DNA from: an uncultured Actinomycetes bacterium
GTDB taxonomy: Bacteria > Actinomycetota > Thermoleophilia > RBG-16-64-13
Assembly (NCBI GenBank): GCA_963706025.1
Contig: CAVPLM010000005.1
Span: 1,088,001-1,152,000 of the forward strand
Direction: 5' to 3'
DNA length: 64,000 bases
This document shows positions 10,271 to 19,304 of the stretch, piece after piece (the first letter of the stretch is position 1; every line of letters begins with the position of its first letter). The notes under the pieces are model-generated. The model was not told the DNA's origin, ran no database searches, and saw nothing but the letters and a program-made list of their open reading frames with translations. Position numbers and translations under genes: made by a program.

Positions 10271-10332
10271 ATACGTATCAGAGTTCGTATACGAAGTTAT
10301 ATCACGGTACTTTACGGCACCCTCGAAGTCAA
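10271..10332 (-). promoter_or_regulatory. Sigma70-type promoter plus operator copy 1
   Basis: Minus strand TTGACT (10332-10327)-N17-TACCGT (10309-10304), then 7 nt, then the 26-bp motif (plus strand ATACGTATCAGAGTTCGTATACGAAG, 10271-10296). Confidence 0.75.
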
Positions 10333-10432
10333 GGAGGGTTCCCCTCCGGAGTGATGGCGCCGGCTCGGTGCGGGGGGTGCATACACGAGCCGGCGCCATG
10401 ATCAAAGGGGGATCACACCGTTGGGTGCCACA

Positions 10433-11746
10433 TCATTGGTACATCAGGTTCGGCAGCCACGTGGACAGCCAGGGCAAGAACACGAGCAGCACCAGGAAGA
10501 TCAGCATCGTCCATACGAACGGCCAACATCCTCTGAAGATCGTGTACATGGGCACCTCTTTGTGCATCCCGGCCAGGGAGAACACCACGACCCCTACCGG
10601 AGGCGTGATGCAGCCCACCATGATGCAGAGGATGGCGACGACCCCCAGTTGGAGCGGGTCGAAGCCCATGTCCGTGAGGATGGGGAAGAAGATGGGCAGG
10701 GTGATAATCATCACCGACCAGATGTCCATCAGCATCCCCAGGATGAAGTACAGGAAGATCACGAGGAGCAGCACCAGATACCTGCTGAGTTCGGCCTCCA
10801 CCAGCGCGTTGGAGATGGCCGGAGCGATCTCGCTGGTGGTGAGGAAGTGGCTGAAGTACTGGGCGCCGAAGATGAGCAGCAGGATCATGGCCGAGATCTG
10901 GGCGGCCTCGAGCAGGGCGTGGCCGATCATCTTGAGCGAGAACCGCTTGTAGAAGATGCTCACGATGATGACCGCCAGCGTGCCGGCGGCGCCGGCTTCG
11001 GTTGGGGTGAACAGACCCGACAGAAGACCGCCCATGACGAAGATGAACACGATCAGGATGCCGATGATCCCTTTGAGCGACTTGAGCCGCTCCGTCCAAG
11101 TGGCCTTCGGCTGGACCGAGGACAGATTGGGATTGATCCTACATTGCAGTGCGATCTGGATCATGAACATGAGGGTCAGGACGATGCCCGGCAAGATACC
11201 GGCGATGAACAAGGCGGCGATGGATGTCTGGGTGATGAAGCCGAACACGACGAAAGCCGTGCTCGGGGGGATGAGGATCCCCAGGTTGCCGCCCGCTGCG
11301 ATGGAACCGAAGGAGAGCCGGTCGTCGTAGCCGTACTTACGCATCTCGGGCAGGGCCGCCTTGTCCATGGTGGCTGCCGTGGCGATGTTGTCACCGCAGA
11401 CCGCGCCAAAAGCCGCGCAGGTGCCGACGGTGGCCATGGCTAAGCCGCCGCGCAGGTGGCCCACCCAGCGGTTGAAGGTCTTGAAGGCGCTCTCGGTCAC
11501 CCCGCCCTTCCCGGCGACAATGCCCATGAGGACGAAGAGTGGGATCACCACCAGGTACTGGGAGTTGCCCACGCGCCACACCGTGGTGGCCAGGGTGTTG
11601 AGGGCCGGTTCCAGACCCCGGGAGAGCCAGATGCCGACGAACCCCGCGACCATGAGCGACAGCCCCACGTGCATTCGCAGGAACATGAGTATGAAGAAGA
11701 GGCCGGCGCCGATGAGCCCTAGGGCCCACAGGGGAAGCTCGCTCAT
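10433..11746 (-). CDS. dctM: TRAP transporter large permease
   Basis: 437 aa hydrophobic protein; IPLFVLMG, GGNLGILIPPS, FTPTEAGA, ITPPVG. Confidence 0.92.
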   Translation of the reverse strand: MSELPLWALGLIGAGLFFILMFLRMHVGLSLMVAGFVGIWLSRGLEPALNTLATTVWRVGNSQYLVVIPLFVLMGIVAGKGGVTESAFKTFNRWVGHLRGGLAMATVGTCAAFGAVCGDNIATAATMDKAALPEMRKYGYDDRLSFGSIAAGGNLGILIPPSTAFVVFGFITQTSIAALFIAGILPGIVLTLMFMIQIALQCRINPNLSSVQPKATWTERLKSLKGIIGILIVFIFVMGGLLSGLFTPTEAGAAGTLAVIIVSIFYKRFSLKMIGHALLEAAQISAMILLLIFGAQYFSHFLTTSEIAPAISNALVEAELSRYLVLLLVIFLYFILGMLMDIWSVMIITLPIFFPILTDMGFDPLQLGVVAILCIMVGCITPPVGVVVFSLAGMHKEVPMYTIFRGCWPFVWTMLIFLVLLVFLPWLSTWLPNLMYQ

Positions 11747-12297
11747 TTCTTCACCGCCTCAGCCAGGGACCGAAGGAAGCGCATCACAAAGATGGGGATC
11801 ATGGTGAAGATCCCGAAGGCGGCCAGATACGTGAACGGGTAGATCTCGATGGGGACGTTGCGTGTCCGCTGGTTGGCCTCCTGGTAGGTCATGGCCAGCT
11901 TCACCAGTTGCCAGCACAGGATGCAGAAGATGGCTATGCCCAGGAGATAGATGATCGGCTGGACGATCAGTTGCACCCGCTTCGGCAGGTGCTTGGCCAC
12001 GATGTCGACCGTCATCTTCTCGTGCCGCCCCATGTGCTCGTAACCGATAACCAAGAAGGTGATGACCACCAGCCCCAACTGGGTGATCTCGGTCGACCCC
12101 TTGAGAGGCGCATTGAAGAAGCGGCGCCCGATGATCGACCAGATCATCGCCAGGACCATCGCTCCCAGGGCCGCGGCTCCGATGTACGCAAGCCACTTGT
12201 AGATAGGCTTGATGAAGGCCTCGACGGAGTCCGCGGCCTTGGCAAGGCCGGTGGTCGGCACTGCGGCCGCGCCCTCGGGTTGCCCGTGTTCACTCAT
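11743..12297 (-). CDS. dctQ: TRAP transporter small permease
   Basis: 184 aa with 4 TM segments; located between dctP and dctM, 4-bp overlap with dctM. Confidence 0.9.
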   Translation of the reverse strand: MSEHGQPEGAAAVPTTGLAKAADSVEAFIKPIYKWLAYIGAAALGAMVLAMIWSIIGRRFFNAPLKGSTEITQLGLVVITFLVIGYEHMGRHEKMTVDIVAKHLPKRVQLIVQPIIYLLGIAIFCILCWQLVKLAMTYQEANQRTRNVPIEIYPFTYLAAFGIFTMIPIFVMRFLRSLAEAVKK

Positions 12298-12364
12298 GCG
12301 TGTCCTCCAACTGGGTCGATCGGCCCCGGCCGGGATGGCCGGGGCCGATCGTCATCGCGTTGGC

Positions 12365-13816
12365 TTACGGGATCATGTACTCGTAGGTAGCGCCACCGTG
12401 CGCAACATCGGTGGCGACGATCTTCGCGAGGCCGGCGACTCCGGAGTAGTCGAGCACGCCCTCCGCCGCCTCGGGGATATCAAGCGGGCCGAGGCTCTTG
12501 CCGCTTGCGTCGAAGCCCTCGACCTTGGCACCGAACGGACCTTCTGTGGAGACCGCGAACTGCTGCCCCGGCTCAGGCACGATTGTGAGCTTGACCTTGC
12601 TGTTGCCCAGGTCTTCGAAGAAGATCCCGGTGGTTCCGGCCGGTGCGGTGGTGGTGGTCACCTCGGTCGGGGCCATGGCGCCGTACTTTTCGACGAGTTG
12701 GACGGCCTGATCAAGCACCGCCTGAGCCTCGCCACCGGTCTCCTGCACCCACGTGCCCCACACCGGCTCGGCAGCGGCCTTCCACAACGCCAGCTCTTCC
12801 GCGGTGGGCACATAGATAGGAGGATTGCCCGCACCCTTGTCGGACCCTTCGATAGCGGCCTTGTCCTCCGCCGCCAACGCCTCGTTCGCCGCGTTGTAAG
12901 CCGAGAAGGCGTCGGGATTGCTGACGCTCACGATCTGGTCCTGAAGCACCTTGGGCATGGAATCCCAGACATCCTTGTTCAGGATCAGGGCGAAGGCGCG
13001 GTAGAACATGTCGGTCTCAGTACGGTACTGGGTGACGTCTTTGATCCCGGTGATCAGGGCGAAGGAGTAGCTGAGGAAGCAGGAGTCGGCCATGCCTCTT
13101 TCCATGGAGGTCGCCAGTTCACCTGTGCTGATCTCCACCGGAGTCGCGCCAAGAGCCTCGATGAGCCAGGCCTCGATCTGTCCGCCCGACCGCACCCTCT
13201 GGCCGGTCATGTCGGCGGGGACTTTGGCCTCTTTGCTACCGAAATACTGGGCCGGAGCGATGACTGGGCAGCCCACCAGCACTACATCCTTCCATTCCTC
13301 GGCAGCGGGAGAGTCGGTGAGGATATCCCAGTAGACCCGGCCCGTCACTTCGGCGCTGGGGAACATCTGCGGCAGGCCGTAGAATTCCGACAGCGGGAAG
13401 CGGCCCGGAGTGGCGTCGGCCGTCAGCGAGGCGATGTCGGCAAGACCGGAGGTGACGGCGTCGTACTGGTCGGCCTCTTTCACCAAGGTCTCTTCGGCAT
13501 ACAGTTCGATGGTCACGCGATTGTTGGTCGCCGCCGCGACCGCGTCAATCCACGGCTTGTAGTAGGCCCCGACGATGCTGGCCCTGTCCGGGACGTGGAT
13601 GGACATCTTCAGTTCGTAGGTCTGCCCGGTGTCGGGCACTCCGGCCACCGTGGTGGTGGTCTCGGGTGCCGCGGTGGTCTCGGTGCTCGGAGCCGCAGTG
13701 GTCACCGGCGCGGCGGTGGTGGTGGTCTCTTCTTCGCCGCAGGCCGCCATCAGCGTAGCGAGACCCAGCGCCAATACCAGGGCCAGCAGGCCGACGGCCC
13801 ATTTTCTTTTCTTCAT
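12365..13816 (-). CDS. dctP: TRAP substrate-binding lipoprotein with Thr-rich linkers and an extra C-terminal domain
   Basis: MKKRKW signal peptide with lipobox (MAAC); DctP motifs (DAVTSGLADIA, PGRFPL, DMTGQRVRS, LGATPV). Confidence 0.88.
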   Translation of the reverse strand: MKKRKWAVGLLALVLALGLATLMAACGEEETTTTAAPVTTAAPSTETTAAPETTTTVAGVPDTGQTYELKMSIHVPDRASIVGAYYKPWIDAVAAATNNRVTIELYAEETLVKEADQYDAVTSGLADIASLTADATPGRFPLSEFYGLPQMFPSAEVTGRVYWDILTDSPAAEEWKDVVLVGCPVIAPAQYFGSKEAKVPADMTGQRVRSGGQIEAWLIEALGATPVEISTGELATSMERGMADSCFLSYSFALITGIKDVTQYRTETDMFYRAFALILNKDVWDSMPKVLQDQIVSVSNPDAFSAYNAANEALAAEDKAAIEGSDKGAGNPPIYVPTAEELALWKAAAEPVWGTWVQETGGEAQAVLDQAVQLVEKYGAMAPTEVTTTTAPAGTTGIFFEDLGNSKVKLTIVPEPGQQFAVSTEGPFGAKVEGFDASGKSLGPLDIPEAAEGVLDYSGVAGLAKIVATDVAHGGATYEYMIP

Positions 13817-13960
13817 CTCACTCCCCCTCTGCAATATCCGATAGCTCGTCTTCATGCAACTGTCTTTTGGGACCCGACAAAGCCGTGTGCCTGTGTTTCC
13901 ACCCCCTCCATTCTCGACCCATCGCCCACCGAGTTCTGTTTCGAACCAAGTGAGCGGCTG

Positions 13961-14033
13961 CTTCGTATCGGAGTTCGTATACGAAGCGCTCTCACGACCA
14001 CCTGTGTTTACACCGGTACCGATCCGTTGTCCA
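13961..14033 (-). promoter_or_regulatory. Operator copy 2 and candidate promoter for the TRAP operon
   Basis: CTTCGTATCGGAGTTCGTATACGAAG at 13961-13986; minus-strand TGGACA-N17-TAAACA at 14033-14005. Confidence 0.7.
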
Positions 14034-14136
14034 TCACTTTAGTTGGTAAACTTTGGTCGAGGCTAAGGTTGAGTGGAGCAGGGGGTCCCTTTCTGAGGAT
14101 GGTAGACGTGTCTCTTGCCGAGGCATCGTGACGGCC

Positions 14137-15279
14137 ATGTTCGGTGCGGTGCCCGTCAGACTATGGTCTATGACCACTCGGGTCGCGAGGAACCCACACT
14201 TCTGGGTGGTGGTCGTTCTCTCCGCCATACTTCTATTCATATACCAGGCTTGGCCTTGGCCCGAGTCACGGTTCAACAGCGGAGTGTGGCGTTCTTTCTC
14301 CTGGTTGTCCGCGCTCGAATCCCTCGTCATAGAGGTGGAGCTCAAGTACCATCTGTTCGGCGCGTTGTTCTTGATACCGATCCTATATGGTTCGCTGACC
14401 CTGTCGTGGACCGGAGGCATCTTCGCCTGGTGTTTGGCGCTGATCTGGGTGTTGCCGACCGTTCTTTCGTGGTCGAGCGCCCCGCTGCTGCTCAACCTCA
14501 CCCTCCTCCTCTTGCCCGTGTTGCTCGTAGCCATCATCAGCGGGGAACGACGATGGCGCGAGAACAAAAGACGCTACTTCGCCGAGCGCGAACGAGAGCG
14601 ACAGGCGTACATCGCCAAGCTGGTCGAGACCGAAGAGATAGAACGTAGACGTATCGCCCAGGAACTCCACGACGAGACCCTCCAGACTCTTATGGTCATC
14701 GCGAACAAAGCGGATTCCCTCGCCCTGTCGGGAACCGATGAGAGGCAGGTCAGAGGCAATCTATGGATCAAGCAGGAAGTGCTTCAGACGATGGACGACC
14801 TGAGGCGACTGAGCATGAACCTGCGACCGAGCGTGTTGGACAACTTTGGCCTCGTCTCCGGGGTCAGATGGCTGATCAACAACAGCAACAGCCAGAACGG
14901 TTGCCATCTGGACGTCGCCGTGATCGGCGAGGAGCGGAAGATGTCGAGCCTCTCCGAAGTCACCGCGTTCCGGGTCGTCCAGGAGGCGATCAACAACATA
15001 CAGCGGCACGCGTACGCGAAGAGCGGTACCGTCAGTCTGGAGTTCGGAGACGACCGCCTGCTACTGCAGGTCAAGGACGACGGCGTGGGCTTTCGGCCAC
15101 CCGATAGACTTGCGGTTTACGTGGTCGAGAGCAAGCTGGGCATGATGGGGATGGAGCAGAGGGTACTTTCGGTCGGAGGTGAGATCAGCGTCGACTCCAG
15201 CCCCGGGGAAGGCACAAGAATCTGGGCCTCAGTCCCCTACACGGCCTCAGCCCAGGTCTTCCAGGGTGAGAATGCCTGA
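14137..15279 (+). CDS. Membrane sensor histidine kinase (HisKA_3, NarX/DesK-like)
   Basis: N-terminal TM helices; ERRRIAQELHDETLQ, QEAINN, DDGVGF, GEGTRI; start codon uncertain (14053/14137/14170). Confidence 0.9.
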   Translation: MFGAVPVRLWSMTTRVARNPHFWVVVVLSAILLFIYQAWPWPESRFNSGVWRSFSWLSALESLVIEVELKYHLFGALFLIPILYGSLTLSWTGGIFAWCLALIWVLPTVLSWSSAPLLLNLTLLLLPVLLVAIISGERRWRENKRRYFAERERERQAYIAKLVETEEIERRRIAQELHDETLQTLMVIANKADSLALSGTDERQVRGNLWIKQEVLQTMDDLRRLSMNLRPSVLDNFGLVSGVRWLINNSNSQNGCHLDVAVIGEERKMSSLSEVTAFRVVQEAINNIQRHAYAKSGTVSLEFGDDRLLLQVKDDGVGFRPPDRLAVYVVESKLGMMGMEQRVLSVGGEISVDSSPGEGTRIWASVPYTASAQVFQGENA

Positions 15280-15927
15280 CTTGAGACTGACGAAGATGGC
15301 CTCCGTCCGCGAGCGCACGTTCAGCTTCTGAAACACATCTACGAAGTAGCTTTTGACCGTGGCTTCACTGATCCCCAGATTGGCCCCTATCTCCTTGTTG
15401 GAGAGGCCCCTGGCCGCCAGAGTGAGAACCTCCATGCCCTTCGCCGAGAGCTTCTCCTGATCGACCTGCTTGATCGGCCTGACGACGTGCTGCAGCGCGT
15501 ACTTGAGGACCTCTTGGGACACCTCTGGGGACAGCACCATGTCGCCGTCCATGACGGCCCGAATGGTGTGGATCACCTCGGGACCGAAGATCGACTTGAC
15601 GAGGTACCCGCTGGCCCCGGCCTGCAGGATGCTGAAGATCGTCTCGACGTCGGTATGGACGGTGAGGATCAGCACCGCGGTGAGAGGGTCGGCTGCTTTG
15701 ATCCGCTTGGTGGCCTCGACTCCGTTCATGGTGGGCATGCTGATGTCCATGATGACGATGTCCGGGCGATGCTCCCCGGTCATGGTCACGGCCTCCTGGC
15801 CGTCACCGGCCTCACCGATGACGCGAAGATCCGGCTCCTTTTCCAGGATGTCGCGCAGAGCGCGGCGGACGAGGGGATGATCGTCCACCAGGAGGATCCG
15901 GGTCTCTTGCTGTTCAGCCGATTCCAC
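15247..15927 (-). CDS. NarL/LuxR-family response regulator
   Basis: LLVDDHPLVR, IMDISMP, GASGYLVK, GLSNKEIG...KLNVRSRTEA. Confidence 0.92.
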   Translation of the reverse strand: MESAEQQETRILLVDDHPLVRRALRDILEKEPDLRVIGEAGDGQEAVTMTGEHRPDIVIMDISMPTMNGVEATKRIKAADPLTAVLILTVHTDVETIFSILQAGASGYLVKSIFGPEVIHTIRAVMDGDMVLSPEVSQEVLKYALQHVVRPIKQVDQEKLSAKGMEVLTLAARGLSNKEIGANLGISEATVKSYFVDVFQKLNVRSRTEAIFVSLKSGILTLEDLG

Positions 15928-16118
15928 TTCGGGGTCTCTCCCTGCCGCGCTTCCACCAGCTCGGGTCAGTGACCTGTCGCAGCCTCACCTGTCGCAGCCT
16001 CTGGTCTCTAATCATATAGTAGGAAGTGGATGCAGGTGAAAAACGGGGAGCGGCTCCGCGCGGGGCGCCTGTTCTCGGCGAGCGCATGAGGCAGACCCCA
16101 CGCGGGATACGACGTGAT

Positions 16119-16140
16119 AAGATATATCTTGATATATCTA
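16119..16140. promoter_or_regulatory. AT-rich palindromic operator-like site upstream of the His-rich ORF
   Basis: AGATATATC-TT-GATATATCT (16120-16139) is both a direct and an inverted repeat within GC-rich DNA. Confidence 0.55.
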
Positions 16141-16172
16141 GACACAGCGTATCCGACTGCTGGAGGACCGAC

Positions 16173-16475
16173 TTGCAGCACCACAAGCACCACCATAAAC
16201 ACCACCGCGACCATGACCACGGACGTGACCACGGACATGGCAACCACCCCCACGGCTCTCCGCACGAGCACGGTCACCACGATCGGGCATCGCATTCCTC
16301 TGGTGGGGCGGACTACTCACCCGGAGCCCAATGGCCCTCTGTTGCCTGCGAATCAAGCCCCGCCGGGCACGTGACGCCCTCTCCCGCAGACGCAGCCCTC
16401 GAGGGTTGCCCGAAGCGAGGCGGCTCGAGCGAGTGCCTGGGAGATTGCCGAACCTGTCCCTACCGGGGGCTCTAG
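16173..16475 (+). CDS. Small His-rich, Cys-tailed putative metal-binding protein (100 aa)
   Basis: GGAGG RBS then TTG at 16173; 18 His in the first 41 residues; C-terminal C-x8-C-x3-C-x2-CP. Confidence 0.5.
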   Translation: MQHHKHHHKHHRDHDHGRDHGHGNHPHGSPHEHGHHDRASHSSGGADYSPGAQWPSVACESSPAGHVTPSPADAALEGCPKRGGSSECLGDCRTCPYRGL

Positions 16476-16524
16476 ATCAGGACGACACCGGTCGAGCCCA
16501 CAAGCCGGGCGTGACTCGCCCCCG

Positions 16525-17340
16525 TCACCCCACCAGTTCGGGCGACAGTTTCAGCCGCTCCACCACCTCGTCGACGGTCGCCGGCTCGAGGTTCATCGAC
16601 CTCGCCACGCCCACGAGTTGCTCGACGAGCTGAGCGTTGGAGGTGGCCAGCTCCTTCGGCCTGACGTAGAGCGTGTCCTCGAGACCGGTGCGCGCGTTGC
16701 CGCCCATGGCCAGACCGATGGTGGTCAGCGGCAGGTTGGCCTTCGAGATGGCGATCACCTGCCAGCTGGTGTTCGGGGGCAACTCGCGGACGAGATAGGA
16801 GAGCAGCATGGGATCGGCCGGCATGCCGCCCTTGACACCCATGACGAACGAGACCTGCAGCGGTTCGGTGAGGAGGTCCCTCTTGAGGAGGTCCAGCATC
16901 AGGCCAAGGTGCCCGGTGTCGTAGATCTCGACCTCCGCCTTCACGCCCAGCTCGCGCATGCGCGCAGCCAGCTGAAGCATCTGCTTCGGCGGGTTCCGGA
17001 ACTCGATCTCGCCGATGGTCATGGTGGCGGGATTCAAGCTGGCCATGGCCGGCTTTGCCTCCACGATCTTCATGCGGTCCTCGTAGGGGAACCCGCCGCC
17101 AGTGGAGAGCTGCACGATACCTGGACACTTCTCGCGCACCAAATCCACCGTGCGCCGCGCCACGTCCAGGTCGGTGGTGAAATCGTCGTTGTCCCGCAGA
17201 TGGATGTGGATAACGGCGGCGCCGGCCTCGTAGGCTCCCTTGGCGCTTTCGGCGATCTCCTCCGGGGAGCCCGGCATCGCGGGGCTGTCCTTCTTGGTGG
17301 CGGCGGGGCCGGTGAGCGAGGCGGTGATGATCGGGTTCAT
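16525..17340 (-). CDS. Beta-keto acid cleavage enzyme (BKACE/DUF849, Kce-like)
   Basis: IITASLTG, EAGAAVIHIHLR, STGG, ASLN, ARTGLED motifs. Confidence 0.92.
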   Translation of the reverse strand: MNPIITASLTGPAATKKDSPAMPGSPEEIAESAKGAYEAGAAVIHIHLRDNDDFTTDLDVARRTVDLVREKCPGIVQLSTGGGFPYEDRMKIVEAKPAMASLNPATMTIGEIEFRNPPKQMLQLAARMRELGVKAEVEIYDTGHLGLMLDLLKRDLLTEPLQVSFVMGVKGGMPADPMLLSYLVRELPPNTSWQVIAISKANLPLTTIGLAMGGNARTGLEDTLYVRPKELATSNAQLVEQLVGVARSMNLEPATVDEVVERLKLSPELVG

Positions 17341-17510
17341 GGTGTGAGGCCTCCTAGCAGAGCGTTGTGCATGAGAACGTTGTAGACAGAGTGTTGCGCG
17401 TCGTGTCGATCAGTGGGTCGCGCAGCAGTATGCCGCCTCCGAGCCCACGCGTTCCGCGAAAGCGGTCTTTTCATAGGCGCGCGACCTTCTTCCCGGCCTG
17501 AGCGGGCCGC

Positions 17511-18268
17511 TCAGACCGCGGACAGTCCACCGTCGACGTAGATGATCTGCCCGGTCATGAAGTCCGATTCGTCCGACGCCAGCAGGATGATGGGACCGAA
17601 TAGGTCCTCCGGCGCGCCCAGGCGGGACAGCGGGATCTCCGCCGTCATCTTGGAGTAGATCTCCGGCTTGGAGAGGAATTCACGGGTCATGTCGGTGATG
17701 ACGAGCGCCGGCGCGATGGCGTTCACGTTGATGTTGTACTTGGCCCACTCCGCCGCCAAGGTCCGGGTCAGCTGGTCCACGCCGCCCTTGCTCGTGGCGT
17801 AGGCTGAACCACCGATCGAGGGGGCGACCCGTCCTCTCACCGAGGACATGTTGATGATCTTGCCGCGCTTCTGCTCGATCATGACTCTGCCCACAGCCTG
17901 GCACGCCAGGAACATACCGACGATATTGAACTTGACGACCCTCTCGAACTCCTCCGGAGGCATCTCCTCCGCCGAGAAGCGTGCGTTGGTACCGGCGATG
18001 TTGACGAAGGATGTCGATCTTGCCGAACTCCTTCATCGACCTGGTCGACCATGTCCTTCATCGCAGAGGCGCTGGTGACGTCGGCCGAGACGGCCAAGGC
18101 CTTGCGTCCCGTCCCTTCGATGTCCTTGACCACCGCCTCCAGGTGCCCCGGGTCGAAGTCGGCGGCGACCATGTCCGCGCCGCACTGTGCCAGACGGACG
18201 GAGATCGGTCGCCCCAATCCGCCGCCAGCCCCCGTTACGACCGCAACCTTGCCTGTCAGATCGAACAT
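17511..18268 (-). CDS. Short-chain dehydrogenase/reductase (two apparent +1 indels near 18005-18040)
   Basis: MFDLTGKVAVVTGAGGGLG; YATSK catalytic motif; NVNAIAP; TGQIIYVDGG; split over three frames. Confidence 0.85.
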
Positions 18269-18333
18269 CGGACCTCCTTGAGTTTCTGGAAAAACGACGG
18301 GCATCTTGTCGCCCTGCCTCAGTCGCGGCTCAC

Positions 18334-19285
18334 TCAGTCGCGGCTCATGAACAGCTTGAGTTGCGGCAGCAGCCGGCGATTCTTCTCTTCGAGGACTTCC
18401 GCGCGCGTCTTGCCGCTGTAGTCGTACCAGCCCTTGCCCGACTTGATCCCCAACTCGCCTTTGTTGACCTTCTCCACCAGGATCGGCGACGGTTCGGTCG
18501 CGTTGCTCAGGCCCTTGAACACCCGGCCCGATACCACCATGGCGATGTCGAGACCGATCATGTCCTCCACCTCCATGGGGCCCAGGCAGGCGAACCTGAA
18601 ACCGGTGCTGCTCTTGATGGCGATGTCCAGGTCCTCGGGGGTCACGATCCCTTCGTCGAGCAGGTAGTCGATCTCCCGCTCGATCGCGCCCATGATGCGG
18701 TTCACGATGAAGCCCGGCACCTCTTTGCGCACGAGCACGGTCTTCTTGCCCGAGGCCTCCATGAGGCGCTTGGTCTCCTCGAAAGCGGCATCAGAGGTCT
18801 CGCTGCCCCGGTGGATCTCGACCAAGGGGATGATGTGCCCGGGATTGAAGTAGTGGATGCCGATGATGTTATCGGGATTCGGCATCCCCTCGGCCAGCGA
18901 ATCGACCGTCAGGCTGCCGGTGTTGCTCCCGATGATCACATCCGGGTTGGCCGCCTGGATGAGCGCCCAAGAGAGCCCTCTTGTCGTCGAGGATCTCGCG
19001 GATCGTCTCCACCACGTAGCTGCATCCCTCGACCGCTTGGACCATGTCGGTGGTGACCATGCCCTCGATGCGGTCCATCACTTGGTCGACCGTCTCCTCG
19101 ATCAGGTCGAATTCGATGAACTGCTGGATGTTGTGGCGAAGCTGCTCGAGAGCCCGGGTCAGCGGCTCTTCACGGCGCGCCACGAGCCGTACGTCGAACC
19201 CGTTCTGTGCGAAGGTCTGAGCGATGCCTTCGCCCATCGTCCCCGTGCCCACGATCAGTATCTTCTGCGCGTTTCCTGTACTCAT
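18334..19285 (-). CDS. 3-hydroxyacyl-CoA dehydrogenase family protein (frameshift near 18965)
   Basis: ILIVGTGTMGEGIA, SNTGSL, HYFNPGH, VPGFIVNRI, GELGIKSGKGWYDY. Confidence 0.88.
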
Positions 19286-19304
19286 GCTTGACCTCCGGTC
19301 GCGC

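Noticed and set aside
10267-10300. The operator resembles loxP: TATACGAAGTTAT at 10288-10300 is an exact loxP arm, and all three copies share the CTTCGTAT-N10-ATACGAAG geometry
   Set aside because: The outer arm bases are not conserved between copies, no tyrosine recombinase is in the window, and the copies sit at fixed promoter positions, so a repressor operator explains them better. Vector contamination is not indicated.
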